From assembly GCF_009914755.1 (NCBI RefSeq), contig NC_060940.1: a DNA stretch of 64,000 bases; one strand, given 5' to 3'. The notes below the pieces were generated by a model that was given only the letters and a program-made list of their open reading frames with translations, was not told the DNA's origin and did no database searches. This document shows positions 1 through 14,798 of the stretch, in pieces (position 1 is the first letter of the stretch; every line of letters starts with the position of its first letter). The position numbers and the translations under genes are program-made. The stretch comes from the human T2T-CHM13v2.0 reference genome, Homo sapiens.

Positions 1-609
1 GAAGCAAAAGCTGTTGCTGATCTTTGGACAGACATTTTCAGCAGGTTTATTCACGGTATTTGTGTCTATCTGAAGTTTCCACAGTGCTTATCCTCAGGCA
101 CTCACAATGCAAGCCACAGAGAGTTCCAGAACTGTTCCACAGAACCTACCCCTAAAGAAGACCACCACCCCACCACACTCCTGCACCAAAAACTTTAAAA
201 ACGTTATTTTTTTTAGTACCCCCTTAAAAAAATCAGCCCCATGAAGCAGTTCATTATCCATACCCTGAGGATGCTGAAACACAAACGGCAGGGCCCTCAC
301 AGCTGCAGCTCAGGCGGGGCCCCGCCCCTGCCCACCAGGCCCTGCTCCCCCATACCTGTCGCTGACCAAATGCACCAGCCCGGAGGCTCTGTACTGACAG
401 CACAGAGTTCCCTGCCACCTCCAGCTGCAGCTCCCCAGGCTGGCTGAGGCCACACCTACACAGCTCTGCACACGGCACCTAGCAATCCACCAGGTGGAAC
501 AGGAGCCCTCAGGACAGCCCCGCACCGACACGTGCGCCAGCGGTCCACAGAGGATGCGCTAAGTGTTAGGCACAGTGCACGGGGGTGAAGACAAAGAGCC
601 TATTAACCA

Positions 610-1075
610 TGAAGACAAAAGTCTACAAAAGCAAGCATGTGAAGCAACTCCAAGGTCCACCCGCTGAAGAATGCGTGAGCACAGCTCGGCCTCTTCACAC
701 AGGGGAACGCCACTCGGCAGCGAAAGAGGAGGAAGTGCTGACACACCCACAGCATGGACGGGCCCTGACATCACGACACCGAGTGAAGGAAGCCAGTCAC
801 AAAGGGCCACACGGTGTGTGGTCCCCTTATATGCAACGTCCAAAAAAGACACCCATAGAGACAAAAAGGGGTGGTCAAGGGTTGGGGGGAGGGGGAATGG
901 GGAGCGACTCCTAATAGGCACTGGGTTTCTTTTTGGGGAGATGGAAACGTTCAGTGGCAGTGGTCGTGCTTGCACAGCTATATGACTATACTAAAAACCA
1001 CTGACTTCACTGTAAAAGGGTGAAGTATATATAGTATATGAATTCTCTTTCAATAAAGCTGTTATTTTTTAAACA
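610..1075 (+). mobile_element. Old L1 (L1M) 3' end fragment
   Basis: AGTGAAGGAAGCCAGTCACAAA, TTTCTTTTTGGGGAGATGGAAAC and TCAATAAAGCTGTT motifs of L1M 3' UTRs. Confidence 0.8.
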
Positions 1076-1504
1076 AGAATAAGCATGTGCACATACCACA
1101 GCATATTAATTATCACTGACACAAAGAAAAAGCCGCAAAGGATTTATTTTAACTATTTCCAAAACTATGGTCTTTTATTTACGTAAAATAGGCATTGGAA
1201 AGTCTAAGCCAACTATCCCCCACAGTTGGCACCCTGGAACAGGCGACTGCAGGAGCAGCAAGCAGCAGCATTACCGGCCACTAGGCAGAGTACAACTAAT
1301 TCAGCCTACCATCAGTGTGGCTACTGGAAGTATTTTTCTTTCTGAAAGTAAAATACAGGTATGTCTACTTTGTACTCCCCCCACTTTTACACCTCTAGAA
1401 GTCCTCAGAATAATAAGAATTTTTAAATAAAAACACAGGATTTGGACAAGGAATTGCAAATAATGACTATTTCGGAAAATACAGTTAAAATAAATTTAAA
1501 AAAA

Positions 1505-1794
1505 ATTTTTTGAGACACAGTCTCACTCTGTCACCCAGGCTGGAATGCAGTGGCATGATCATACCTCACCTACAGCCTCTACCTCCTGGGATCAGGTAAT
1601 CATCCCACCTCGGCCTCCCAAGTAGCAGGGACTACAAGTGTGTGCCACCACTCCTGGCTAATTTTTGTATTTTTTGTAGAGACAGGGTTTTGCTGTGTTG
1701 CCCAGGCTGGTGTTGAACTCCTGGGCTCAAGCGATCTGCCCACCTTGACCTCCCAAACTTCCGGGACTACAGGCGTAAGCCACCTTGCCAGGCC
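1505..1794 (-). mobile_element. Alu (J-like)
   Basis: Full dimeric Alu, reverse strand. Confidence 0.92.
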
Positions 1795-2414
1795 AAGAAA
1801 TAAAAATTCAAATTGGATAAAGAATTTAAAAAGCCATTGACATTTGTATCTCTAAAAGAAAAATACAAAGTCTCTAAGCTCAAAGAGTTCAAAATAAAAT
1901 ACAACAGCTTACAAAAGAATGCAGACAGCTTTAACGGGGCTGCTTTTTCAGGAATACACCAAACGTTAGATTTAGAAACTAAGAAAGCAAAATACTTAAA
2001 TGCTAGATTTCATCTGAGTTGCATGCTCCAAGCAATAAAGGGTTCATCAACGTCAGCCTTAGCTTTGAAGCAGCAACAGAAACGAAAGTTAAATGAATGG
2101 GGCTGAAATTAGCTTAGCAGTGACACTAGGGATGTAGGGAAAACTAGAATCCACGGTTGTTTTGAAATACGGAAATGACAGCCCAAGGTTACTCCTTATA
2201 ATAATCCTCTCATTAAGGGTCACAGAATCTTCCAGTTTTCCAAAGATGAAACAAAAAAATTGTCAGCTCCAAGTAACTACTCAAAAACCAATTTAGAACA
2301 CATAAACGCTCATAGCCAAGATGTAAATAATTCAATCTATAAAACATGCCTTGCTTTAAGTTAGCAAACCTCTATAAAAAGGAATGTTAAAAGCCGGAGA
2401 GGCCATAGAGGAGA

Positions 2415-2570
2415 AAGCAGCATTTACTGCACCTCTGCTGGAAGCTCATGTATGTTACCTATGTAATCCTCAACACAAGCCTGTGAGGTAGGTTACATCC
2501 CCTCCACTGCAACAGGGACAACACTGAGGGGCAGAAGGATCCTGGCCAAGGTTGCACGGCTGGTAAATTC
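2415..2570 (-). mobile_element. MIR fragment
   Basis: AATCCTCAACACAAGCCTGTGAGGTAGG...ACTGAGG...CCAAGGTTGCAC. Confidence 0.7.
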
Positions 2571-4300
2571 AGCGCCCATGGCCTTGGGACTGGGGTGTAG
2601 CGGGGGAGGTGCAGGGGTGAGCAGAGAGGAATAGATTAGCCCCTTCATCTCATCAAAGGGATTTCTGCTTCACAGAAAGGCTCTCCTATAAAAGACATTT
2701 TTGTTCTAGATTTAGCTCACTGCCCAACCAAAATAATAATCACCACTGTCTGCATAAAGTGAGGCACCCGTGCTCACACATTAAGAATCCCCTTAAAGAG
2801 ATGACGTTACTGTAGCAACAGCCATAGAAATTATTAGTGGGTGGAATCTACACAAAGGAGTAACAGCACATGAAACTGACCATAAATGACTGAGATTCCA
2901 TGAATAGGTGACAATTTGCTGGCATGTCAAGGCTTACATGGATTACTATAAACAACTACATTTCCTAGGACCCTCTGCACAGCACACAGCCTGAAATACA
3001 GGGTGGGAGCCGAACTTAAAAAGAAAACTATAGTCTTGGAGGTAAATGTCACACACACAAAAATCAATTTAAAAAAACCGATGTATGTACTACAACCACT
3101 TCTTACAGGAAGACATTAAAAAAGAAAAGCCACAATCTACGATTGAAAGACAGCTTTAAAAACACACACATAAAAAACCTAGCAAACCAGACGGTGTTCT
3201 CAGCCACTCATAAAAGCAAAGTCTTATCAAAGTTTTAACTTCAAAGAGCTTAAAGACACTGCAAAGAGGCACTGAGCAAGACTTGGTCCCGACTGCAACC
3301 TATTCCCTTCCAAAAAATAATCAGTTTGTAATCTAAATACACATCACACCAGGTCAAAGTAATCTCTTCCGGCAGCAAAATTTTGGCACTGGATTGCAGG
3401 GGGCTGTTCAAAATAGCTGGAGCCCCAGACACTTTGCGTTTTCAGTTCTGAAACACTTAGACAAAAGTTCACATCGCTAAGTGGATGGCCAGGACGCCCT
3501 TCCGGTTCAATTTGGAGACCGGAGATCTTTAACCTAACCTAACATTCCTTAAGGCATCGGTGCCCTCCCACTCAAAGTCAGCCTGGGTTTTGTTTCTAAG
3601 GGTCGCCAATAAATAGGTTTCACGGGCATTTAAGGCTCTGGGAGTCTTTTTCTGTCTGTTACAGGTAGCCCGGCTCTTAAAAACGATCACACACAACGTT
3701 CACAAGCATGTGCACATTCATACACACGTGTGCACATATACATGCCCACATGCGACACACGCGTACATCATACAGCATGCACGTGTCCATAAATGAGCTC
3801 ACACGGACAGCCATGTCCCGCGCCCAGGCCCCCAGCGACACAGGCCCCAAGCAGGGCCTCCACCTGTGTGGAGGGAGCGGCTCAGACGGGGAAGCCCCAG
3901 CGCCTTGCAATGTTCACCTCACCGGCGGCTTCTGGCGTGGCCACGGCTCCTTCCTTTTCTGGTAATAAATACCAGATTTGGGGAAACCAAGGCGCCGCAA
4001 TGTGTGTTATCTGTCACCCAAGGGCCCCATTAAGGGGACAAAGGCCTTATCGCGTTTGCAGCCGGCTAAGTGAAAGGAGGGCACCTGGGACTGTGAGCTC
4101 TGACCGCGGACGTCTCCCGCACCGCTCCCGCGGATCCTCGGACCCAGGGCCCCTGCAGCCGCTCCTGCCCAAGGGGCGCGAGGCGGAGGTGTGGAGGCTT
4201 TGGGGCACGCAGAGGGGACTGAGGGTGTGGGCTCAGGGCCGCGGTGCGGTCTTGGGGCTTAAAGTGCAGACTTAGGGTGAGGAGTGCGGGCTTAGGATGG

Positions 4301-4368
4301 GGGCTTGGGATGTACGGCGGAGGCTTGGGATGTACGGCGGAGGCTTGGGATGTACGGTGGAGGCTTGG
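4301..4368 (+). repeat. 20-bp minisatellite AGGCTTGGGATGTACGGCGG x~3.4
   Basis: Read directly; degenerate GGCTTRG units continue to about 4560. Confidence 0.9.
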
Positions 4369-4474
4369 AGAGGTGGGGCACACATTTGGGGTGCGACATA
4401 GAGGCTTAGGATGGGGCTTGGGATACGGGCTGGGGGCTCGTGGTGCAGGTTGGAGACCTGGGTGGGAGCTCTCA

Positions 4475-5581
<1,107 letters not shown>

Positions 5582-5620
5582 TCACTGCGGGCCGCCCCCC
5601 GACGGAGCCGCCCCGGCCAT
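5582..5620 (-). CDS. uORF1, 12 aa MAGAAPSGGGPQ*, in frame with the main ORF
   Basis: ATG at 5620 (GGCATGG, G-3/G+4) and TGA at 5584-5582, read directly; translation not demonstrated. Confidence 0.5.
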   Translation of the reverse strand: MAGAAPSGGGPQ

Positions 5621-5825
5621 GCCGTCGCCGCCGCCCGCGCCTCCGCCCAGGCCGGCCGTTACCCCGGGCCGCGGGCGCGGCGTCGCCGCCTGGGGAGCGC
5701 TGGGGGCCGCGGCCGCGAAACGGACGCTGGAGGGGGAGGGACGCGCGGCGGGAGGCGCGGAGGGATCCGGCCGGGACTTGCCGGCCTTGCTGCTCCCGCG
5801 CGGCGGACGGATCCGGGCCCGAGCG

Positions 5826-5834
5826 CGGCGGCGG

Positions 5835-5869
<35 letters not shown>

Positions 5870-5876
5870 GAGGAGG
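5826..5876 (+). repeat. Interrupted CGG repeat (CGG)4(CGACGG)5 CGG AGG AGG
   Basis: Read directly. Confidence 0.95.
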
Positions 5877-5940
5877 CGCCGGCCGAGGAGCGGAGGGATC
5901 GTCGCGCTCGCGGCTGACGGGCGGCCGGGATCAGCAGAAG

Positions 5941-6245
5941 TGGGCGGGGTGGCCGCCTCTCGCGACAGCCCGGGCCTGCCGGGCCCGTCCCCCCCCCACT
6001 GATTGGCTCAGGCGGCCCGTTCTCGGCCCGTGATTGTGCCGGGTCCCCAATCCCATTCGCCCGTTCCGCGGCCACGCCTCCCTGGGGGCTGTCGATCATG
6101 TTGGGGCCACCGCCTCCCGTCCCTCGGCGGCCGTCAAGACGCGATTGGTCCGCGGAATCGGAGAGGCGGAAAACCCGGGCTGGATTTCTGGTTGCTTTTG
6201 TTCCCGCAAATTTGCGTGGAGCATTGTTTTTCGGCGAAAACGGGG
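5941..6245. promoter_or_regulatory. TATA-less, probably bidirectional proximal promoter
   Basis: GC box GGGCGGGG 5942-5949; TCTCGCGACA 5958-5967 (one mismatch to the BANP motif TCTCGCGAGA); CCAAT boxes ATTGG 6002-6006, CCAAT 6047-6051, ATTGG 6144-6148; E2F-like GGCGGAAAA, TTCCCGC and TTTTCGGCGAAAA at about 6165-6240. Confidence 0.7.
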
Positions 6246-6324
6246 CGTTCGGCCTTCCTGCTTTATTTTTGAGCGGTGTAAGAGGGAGGTAGTGGGTATC
6301 TTCGAGAAACGGCCGCCGCGGGGT

Positions 6325-6470
6325 CCGGAGCCCCGGGTTCCAATCCCGGGTCGGCCACTGCAAAGCTGTGTGACCTTGGGCGAGTCACTTGGCCTCTCTG
6401 AGCCCCAGGCGCCTCCCCGGGAAAAAGAGGGTACTAATAACCGCCCCCGAGGTTTGTGCGAAGGTGTTGA
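6325..6470 (+). mobile_element. MIR inside the CpG island
   Basis: GGGTTCCAATCCC...GCTGTGTGACCTTGGGCGAGTCACTT..CCTCTCTGAGCC core. Confidence 0.8.
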
Positions 6471-7056
6471 GCTCACAGAGGGCCGGCACCGGCACTTTTG
6501 AGGCGGCTGACTTGCCCTGGGGGTGTGATGGGAGGTGCAAGCTTTCTCCAAAAGCCTCGTCCAAATGGAGCCTTTAAATCCGCCTTCTTTCCGCGGCTAC
6601 TTCACCAGCTCGCCAAACGCAGAAAATGCAAACACAGGGGAGGGGGCAAGGGAGCTGACCTGGCTGGAAGTAAACAGAAACGCCACCCTCCCCTGGCACT
6701 TGCATTGGCACCGGATTGCAGGTGGGGGAAGGGCCGGTGCACCCAACCACCTTTAAATCCCACCACTTACACACAGGCATAGAAGTAGAGCCGCGGGGGC
6801 TGGACGCTCATTCCTCCCCTGCCCTTCCCCTAGAGCGCTGCTTTGAATGTCTGTTGATCTAGAACGGGGTCTGTTCATTCATGGGTTCCAGGTCCCAAGC
6901 GCCCGGGGGCAGCTGAGAGCAAAGCTGGCGCCCTCCCTACCCTGTGGAGCTTACACTCTGGTTCTGGGCAGTGCACACTAGAGATTGGTTAAATCAATGA
7001 ATGAACTTTTTCAGGATATGGTCCAAGGTGCTGAAAACTTCCTAACAAAACTCTTC

Positions 7057-7196
7057 AGCCGAATCTGGCACGCCTGTGGTTCCAGCTACTGGGTAGACCG
7101 AGGCAGGAGGATCGCTTGAGGCCAAGAGTTTAAGACCAACCTGGGCAACATGGTGAGACCCCCCCTCCCCGCCCCAGTCGCTCCAAAACAAACAAA
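7057..7196 (+). mobile_element. Free Alu monomer (FLAM-like)
   Basis: Single arm GAGGCAGGAGGATCGCTTGAGGCCAAGAG...CCTGGGCAACATGGTGAGACCC. Confidence 0.8.
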
Positions 7197-7574
7197 CCCC
7201 ACATTCTCCAGTCTTAGGTCTTCGAGGATGAACAGAGATTGCAGAAAGGCATGGTTGGGAACAAAAAAAATTGCTCTCCACTCCCCCAGCCCCCTCCACA
7301 CCTTGGGCACATTTCCCTGGAGCTGCCCCAGTGTTCTTTGTCAGTGTAGGAAGAAGCAAAAATCTAAATGGAGTCAGGATGGCCTCCCACATGGGCACAA
7401 GGGCAAGGCTGGGGACAGTTGGGTCTCCTCATCTTATTTCCCAGGTCTAGGCTGATTTCTATTAATAATTAAATTAATCGTCGTTGTCCTGGACCTCACT
7501 TCTTAATGTGATTCCAGGGAACTGGCCACATTCCAAAATTCATAATCTAAGGTAGTGAAAGAACGTGAACATCA

Positions 7575-7892
<318 letters not shown>

Positions 7893-8269
7893 TTATTGAT
7901 AAAGCAAGCTCCTTGGAGAAAGATCTTGGAACCTCATTAGTGCTGGGGGTGGGGGTGGGGCTTCTTCAATCCAGCCGAGCTGGCTGTGAAACCCCCAGGC
8001 TTTGGTACCAAGTGAGCTCCAGTCCCAGCTGTGGCTGACTGTGTGAACTTGGCTATGCATTCAGAGGCCTCTGAGCCTCAGTTTCCTCATCTGTAGAAGA
8101 CAGCCAGGAACCCGTCATCCTGGCTAGCAGTGGAAGTCAAAGGTGCTCATGGAAAGCCCTTGCTGGCTGGAACAAGGGAGGCCTGAGCTGTGGAAGTCCT
8201 TGGATCAAGGTCCTCCCCACTTCCCGCTGCCTTTTTGGTCCTTCTTGCGTGCTCTTTGTGATTTAATGG

Positions 8270-8823
8270 CTTAGTAGGTTGAATCATGTCCCCCCAAAGT
8301 TTATCTCTACCCCAAATCTCAGAATGTGACCTTATTTGGGAAAAGAGTCTTTGCAGATATAATTAAGGTAAGAGTCAAGATAAAATCACACTGAATTAAG
8401 GTGAGCCCTACATGCAATGAGACTGTCCTTACAAGATACAGAAAAGAACACATAGAGACTTCGGGGGAAAGGAGACTATGTGCAAGAATGGCAGAGATTG
8501 GAGCCAAGGAGTGCCTGGGCCTACCAGAGGCTGCAAGAGACAGGGAGGACCCTCCCCTAGAGCCTCCAGAGGGAACAGAGCCATGCCCACACCTTGACTT
8601 TGGACTCCTGGCCTCCAGAACTGTGAGAGGGTAAGTTGCTATTGTTTTCAACCCCCAACCCCCACCCTCCCCCACCCCCCGACCCTCTCCCACCCCCATC
8701 TCCCACCCCTCCCCCATCCCCATCTCCCACCCCCCCCCACCCCTCCCCTACCCCCATCTCCCCACCCCTCCCTCACTCACGCGTGTTGTGGTTACTTGTA
8801 GGGCAGCCAGGGAAACCGAAACA
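8270..8823 (+). mobile_element. MLT1 (MaLR) solo LTR interrupted by a C-rich tract
   Basis: GAATGTGACCTTATTTGG..AAAGAGTCTTTGCAGAT; CTGGCCTCCAGAACTGTGAGA; 3' end TTGTGGTTACTTGT..GGCAGCC..GGAAAC. Confidence 0.85.
8651..8775 (+). repeat. C-rich low-complexity tract (G4/i-motif potential)
   Basis: More than 15 runs of C3-C9. Confidence 0.9.
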
Positions 8824-10629
8824 ATGTCATATCCCCCCAGACATCGGTGTGGCTCAGCTCAATCCAGTTCACAACAAAAATGAAATCCCTGCCCTACAGG
8901 ACCAGGCCTCAGGAAGGGCTTGGGGGCCTCAGAGGCAAATGAGACCAGGTCCATCGACCCTACAGAACTGACAACCTGGACTCCCCACTCTGAAGCAGGC
9001 AGGCTGCCTGAAGGAGGGGGCCTCCCTCATAAGGAGAGGGCAGACGCTGACCTCCCGGGCCCTCCAGCATTCTCTGGGTCCTGGCCCCGAGATTCTGGTT
9101 TTCCACACAGGGCACCTACTGTCTCCCGCTTCCCTGACTCTGCCCGTGCACAAGGTAACCCCAGCTGCAAGCGTGCCAGGAGCTTTTCTCCACCTCTGCC
9201 TCGACATCTGCCGCCTCTCCTCCTCTGGAGAGGGAGGCAGCTGAAGGACAGCAGCCCCACGCCTTGCTGGAGCGGCTGAGATCGCTGGGAGGAGGTTGGG
9301 AGAGGACTCAGGGGCTCAGGCTAGATCAGGAGGGTGGGCCCTGCCTCCTTGTGAGGGGGCCCAGCACCAGGGGGAGCCCACAGTCTAGGGTGCTGTTCAG
9401 CCAAATTGGCTACCACTGGGTGTGAGGTCTGTGGTTGTGCAGGGTTGAAGGGCTGGGTGTCATTTGCCTCTGAGGCCCCCAAGCCCTTCCTGAGGCCTGG
9501 TCCTATAGGGCAAGGATAGACTATTTATTGTAAACTGGGTTGCGCTGAGAGCCACACTCATGTTTAGGGGGAAATGCCATTTTATTGGTTTCCTGTGACT
9601 GCCCTACAAATAACCACAAAGAGGCGAGGGGAGAAGTGGGGGCTGTCCCTTCCACAGAGCTGCAATCAAGCACAAATGACTCTAATAGTATCAATTGTGA
9701 GAGAGAGAGAGAGATTTGGAGTTCACCACAAATTCCCCAAACAAACAATTTTACAAGAAGGACATGACCCGCCTGGCGTTACTGCTTAGTTCTGAATGAG
9801 TGATACCGACTGCAGCAGGTGACCAGGCCAAGCCCAGAAATGGGCCACAGGGACCCCAAGCACATGCTCTTCCCCCAGACTGCCACCATCTTGCTTTTCC
9901 TTCAGACCTAGGACCCCACGAGAGGAGGGATCTGGAGGCCAAGCCAGGAGCAGGACAACACCAACAGAGGCCTCAGAAGAAGACTCAGAGTGGGACAGGG
10001 GCTCCTTAAGTGATTGGGGCTGGAAGTGCGCAGAGAAGCCCGGCGCGGCAGGGAATTGTCTCTCCCTGGGGTGCTGCCAAGGTGTGTGTGGTCTCTAGCT
10101 GCAACGTGCGCTTCCTTCCCTTGGCCTGACTCCTGCTTTCCTGTCATTGAGAAGGTTTGGGACCTGACACCCTGAGCATGGAGGCCATAAATCCAGTGGA
10201 TCCCTAAATTTCCTGATGGGGTCCTGGCTCCAGGCCTCGGTGCCTGACAGCCTCGTGTAATTGACAAAACCCCATGGAGCTGTTTCTGATACTGAATTCC
10301 CATCACGCAGATACTGAATGGTCAAGGGCTTCAGCCCGGGCCACACAGTTAGTTCATGTTGGAATTGGATTCTGCCCTAAGTCAATTGCCCATAGACTCT
10401 GCCCCTCCCAGGAGGAAACCACAAATGTGACATATTGTTTATTTGCTATTTTTGCAAAGGTGTCTGTTGCTTGCCAGCTTTTCCAGCCATGACTGCAGAC
10501 AAAGTCCACCTAGAGTCATAAATGGGCAATCAGCCCCGAACAACGTCCAGACCCGGTTTCTGCACGGCGAGGCGTTTTTGTCCATGGCAGACTTGCTTAC
10601 CCGGGTGTCTTTGGTGTGGGGCTAGATGC

Positions 10630-11098
10630 AGCATTTCCCCAGTGGGAATGGCCCGGGGTCTTATTTAAAGTGGAGGGTCCTAGGCCTGGCCCCACGTATG
10701 GAGTCAGGGTCCCTAGGGGTAGGACCTTGGAATCCGCATTTTTTTTTTTTTGAGACAGGGTCTCCCTCTGTCACCCAGGCTGGAATGCAGTGGCGCGATC
10801 TCAGCTCTCTGAAACCTCTACCTCCTGGTTCAAGCGATTCTCCTGCCTCGGCCTCCCGAGTAGCTGGTATTACAGGCACGCACCACCATGCCTGGCTAAT
10901 TTTCTATATTTTTAGTAGAGATGGGGTTTCATCATGTTAGCCAGGCTGGTCTCCAACTCCTGACCTCAAGCCATACACTGGCCTCCGCCTCCCTAAGTGC
11001 TGGGATGACAGGTATGAGCCACCGTGCCTGGCCAGGAATTTGCATGTTTGCTAGTAACCCTGCTCATCTCAGTGCACACCAAAGTTTGAAACCACTGT
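10630..11098. mobile_element. MER5-like hAT element split by a minus-strand AluS (10739-11034)
   Basis: GGAATCCGCATTT/GGAATTTGCATGTT flank the Alu; end CAAAGTTTGAAACCACTG. Confidence 0.7.
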
Positions 11099-11439
11099 TG
11101 GGGTGTGGAGCTCTTGCTTCCAGACTTCCAGGGCCTATGGATTGAACAACGGCAGCCACAGTAGTAATTAGAATTTTCAGTCTCAACCACAAGCCTGCCA
11201 CGCAACAAGGGTTTCCTCCCGTTTTACAGATGAGGGACCTGAGGCTTCATAAGGCTGTTATTGACCTGAGGTCGCACAGCTGATGGCTCCTGGGTTCTTA
11301 GCGTTAAGTTTTGCAGCCTTATTTCTGTTGTATATTTGTTTCTCGTATTTCTGTGCTTCTTGCACTGCAATTGTGATATCCTCTAAAAGCCAAGGATGAA
11401 CTCACTGCTGACCTTGGTTTTATTTGTTTGTTTGTTTTC

Positions 11440-12030
11440 ACCTTCACTTGTGAAATGTGCAAACATACTCAAAAGTCAAGAGAATCATATGGTGATTTTT
11501 CATAGTCCCCTTTGGCCAGCTTCAGCAAAGATGACATTTTGCCACTCTTACTCCATCCATTTCTCTCACCCCACCCCCGACATACACACATGTTCTTTCT
11601 GGAGTATTTTCAAGCAAATACAGGATTTTTAAAAACATGTAAATGACTGTGTTGTTTTGTCTGATTATGATGCAATACATGTTCCTTATGAACATATTAT
11701 AACTCGCTAAAAAACAATATAAAAAGCTACAAATCATCTCACTTCCCAGTCATAACCAACTCTAAAAGATACTCTTCTAGACACTTTTGTATTCAAATAT
11801 ATTTATGCACACATACTTTTACAAAAAAAAAGTATACGACACAAAAATAGGATGGTACTCCACATTTTGCAATCTATTTTTTTCACTTAACAATACATCC
11901 CAAATGTCTTTTCATATCCATGACTCTATTCTAAATCATGGCTCTTAAGGGCAACACAAATCTTTGTTTGATTTAGCATGATTTATTCAAAGAATCCCCT
12001 CTAGTTGGGCATTCAGGTTGTTTCTATGCT
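11440..12030 (-). mobile_element. Old L1ME-like fragments
   Basis: TTTTTCACTTAACAATACATC, TTGGGCATTCAGGTTGTTTC. Confidence 0.6.
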
Positions 12031-12763
12031 GAGAGAGTTTCCAAAGGCAGTCCTGCTTACCCTGGACTTTTCAAGAGGTTGACACCCGATCTGTCGCCTC
12101 TAGATCCTGTGTAGAGTTCAGAGAAGTATCAAGAAAGTGGAAGAACTGGAGAGCTTCCCAATGCCATCTGAATCATCTTCACGTTACCATCACTGTTTTG
12201 TTTGAAATGAAGTCTCAAGACATGAGACACTCCCAGACTCAAGTGTGGTTAAAAAAAACATTCCAAAGGCATATAACATATTGTTTGGGTGATGAGGTGT
12301 AACTCTAAAAGCTCTGTTTTTGAACAAACATACCAGGGCTCACCCAAACCCAAAACTCTGTCTCCTTCAAAGTCGTCACTCTAGAAGGCAGTACTCACAC
12401 TGGGATAAAACTGTAATTGCTTGAAAATACATCTGTGAATTCCTCTTTTAAAACTGTTTCAGGATCTGGTGTCAGTAACTTTGGGACGTACTGCAGGCTG
12501 GAAAGCCTTCACGATTCAAGGTGGATTGATTTCTATAAATAGCCTGTGCCCACCAAATAAATTAGAAACAACAGAATCTATGATGTCTAGCTTGAGCAGA
12601 AACAGATTTATTAAATTATAACGACATCTCAAAGTCTCTGGAAGGGAGAGAGAACTAGGTGGGGATGCCATTTTTTGTATCTTGTTCAATAAGATGCCTG
12701 TTTTTGCCCGTTTTCTATCAGGTTTTTGGTCTATGTTTCTCTCCATTTTTAAGAGCTTTTATT

Positions 12764-13120
<357 letters not shown>

Positions 13121-13249
13121 ATGAGTTTGAGGGCCATGCAAAAAATAAATGAGTGACACTGGATGGTATGATAAAATAGGGGGTGGTAAGGCTTGTGGCC
13201 AGTCAGAGATTAAAACTACTTGTTGTTTGTTTGTTTAAGAGACAGGGTT

Positions 13250-13841
<592 letters not shown>

Positions 13842-13869
13842 CTGTTTTTCTTTTTCTTTTTTTTTAAGC

Positions 13870-14615
13870 ACAGTTTCCTAGGGTGGCTGTAAACAAATGA
13901 TCATGAACTGGATGACTTAAAACAACAGAAATTAATCCTCTTAGAGTTCTGGAGGCGGAGGCCAGAAATCAAGGTGTTGGCAGAGTTGGTTCCTTCTGAG
14001 GCCCTGAGGGCCTCTCTCCCAGCCTCCAAGGGCTGCTAGCCATCTGTGGGGGGCCTCCCCTGGTGGACTCATCACTCCAGTCTCTGCCTCTGTCTTCACG
14101 TGACTGTCTCCCCTGCGTGTCTATGTCCAAATTCCCCTCCCCAAGCTTGCAATTCACCTCCTCAGTCCCCCCACCACTTCCTCTGTGAAATGGATATAAA
14201 AATATCTACTTTACAACATGGCTGGGAGAATTAGTTGAGATGATGTTTAGCAAATGCTTAGCAGGTGCTCAGGAAACAGTGGCTGGCATTGCTTTGAGAA
14301 GGTCTTCACCCTGGTGTTGTTCTTCGTTTTGTTTTGAGACAGAGTCTCGCTCTTTCACCCAGGCTGGAGTGCAGTGGCGTGATCTCAGCTCACTGCAAAT
14401 TCCACCTCCCAGGTTCACACTATTCTACTGCCTCAGCCTCCTGAGTAGCTGGGACTAGAGGCTCCCACCACCATGCCCAGCTAATTTTTTGTATTTTTAG
14501 TAGAGACAGGGTTTCACCGTATTAGCCAGGATGCTCTCGATCTCCTGACCTCGTGATTTGCCTGCCTTGGCCTCCCTAAGGACTAGGAATACAGGCGTGA
14601 GCCACCACGCCGGGC
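13870..14615. mobile_element. MLT1 fragment (-, 13870-14130), MIR (+, 14150-14280), Alu (-, 14327-14615)
   Basis: TTAAAACAACAGAAATT..AGTTCTGGAGGC; CTCTGTGAAATGG; Alu consensus. Confidence 0.8.
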
Positions 14616-14757
14616 CACCCTGGTGTTTTGAGGTAGGTGGGGATCCTGTGAAAGGCTACATCACGTAAACAACATAAACACAGCTAGTGCCCGGGTGGAA
14701 AGTGTCCCATCGCACTGGAGCTGTGAGCAAGCTCCTGATGCCAAATGAACACCCCTT

Positions 14758-14760
<3 letters not shown>

Positions 14761-14798
<38 letters not shown>

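Noticed and set aside
9362-9379. CTCF-like GCACCAGGGGGAGC
   Set aside because: Two core mismatches; too common in GC-rich DNA to call without ChIP data
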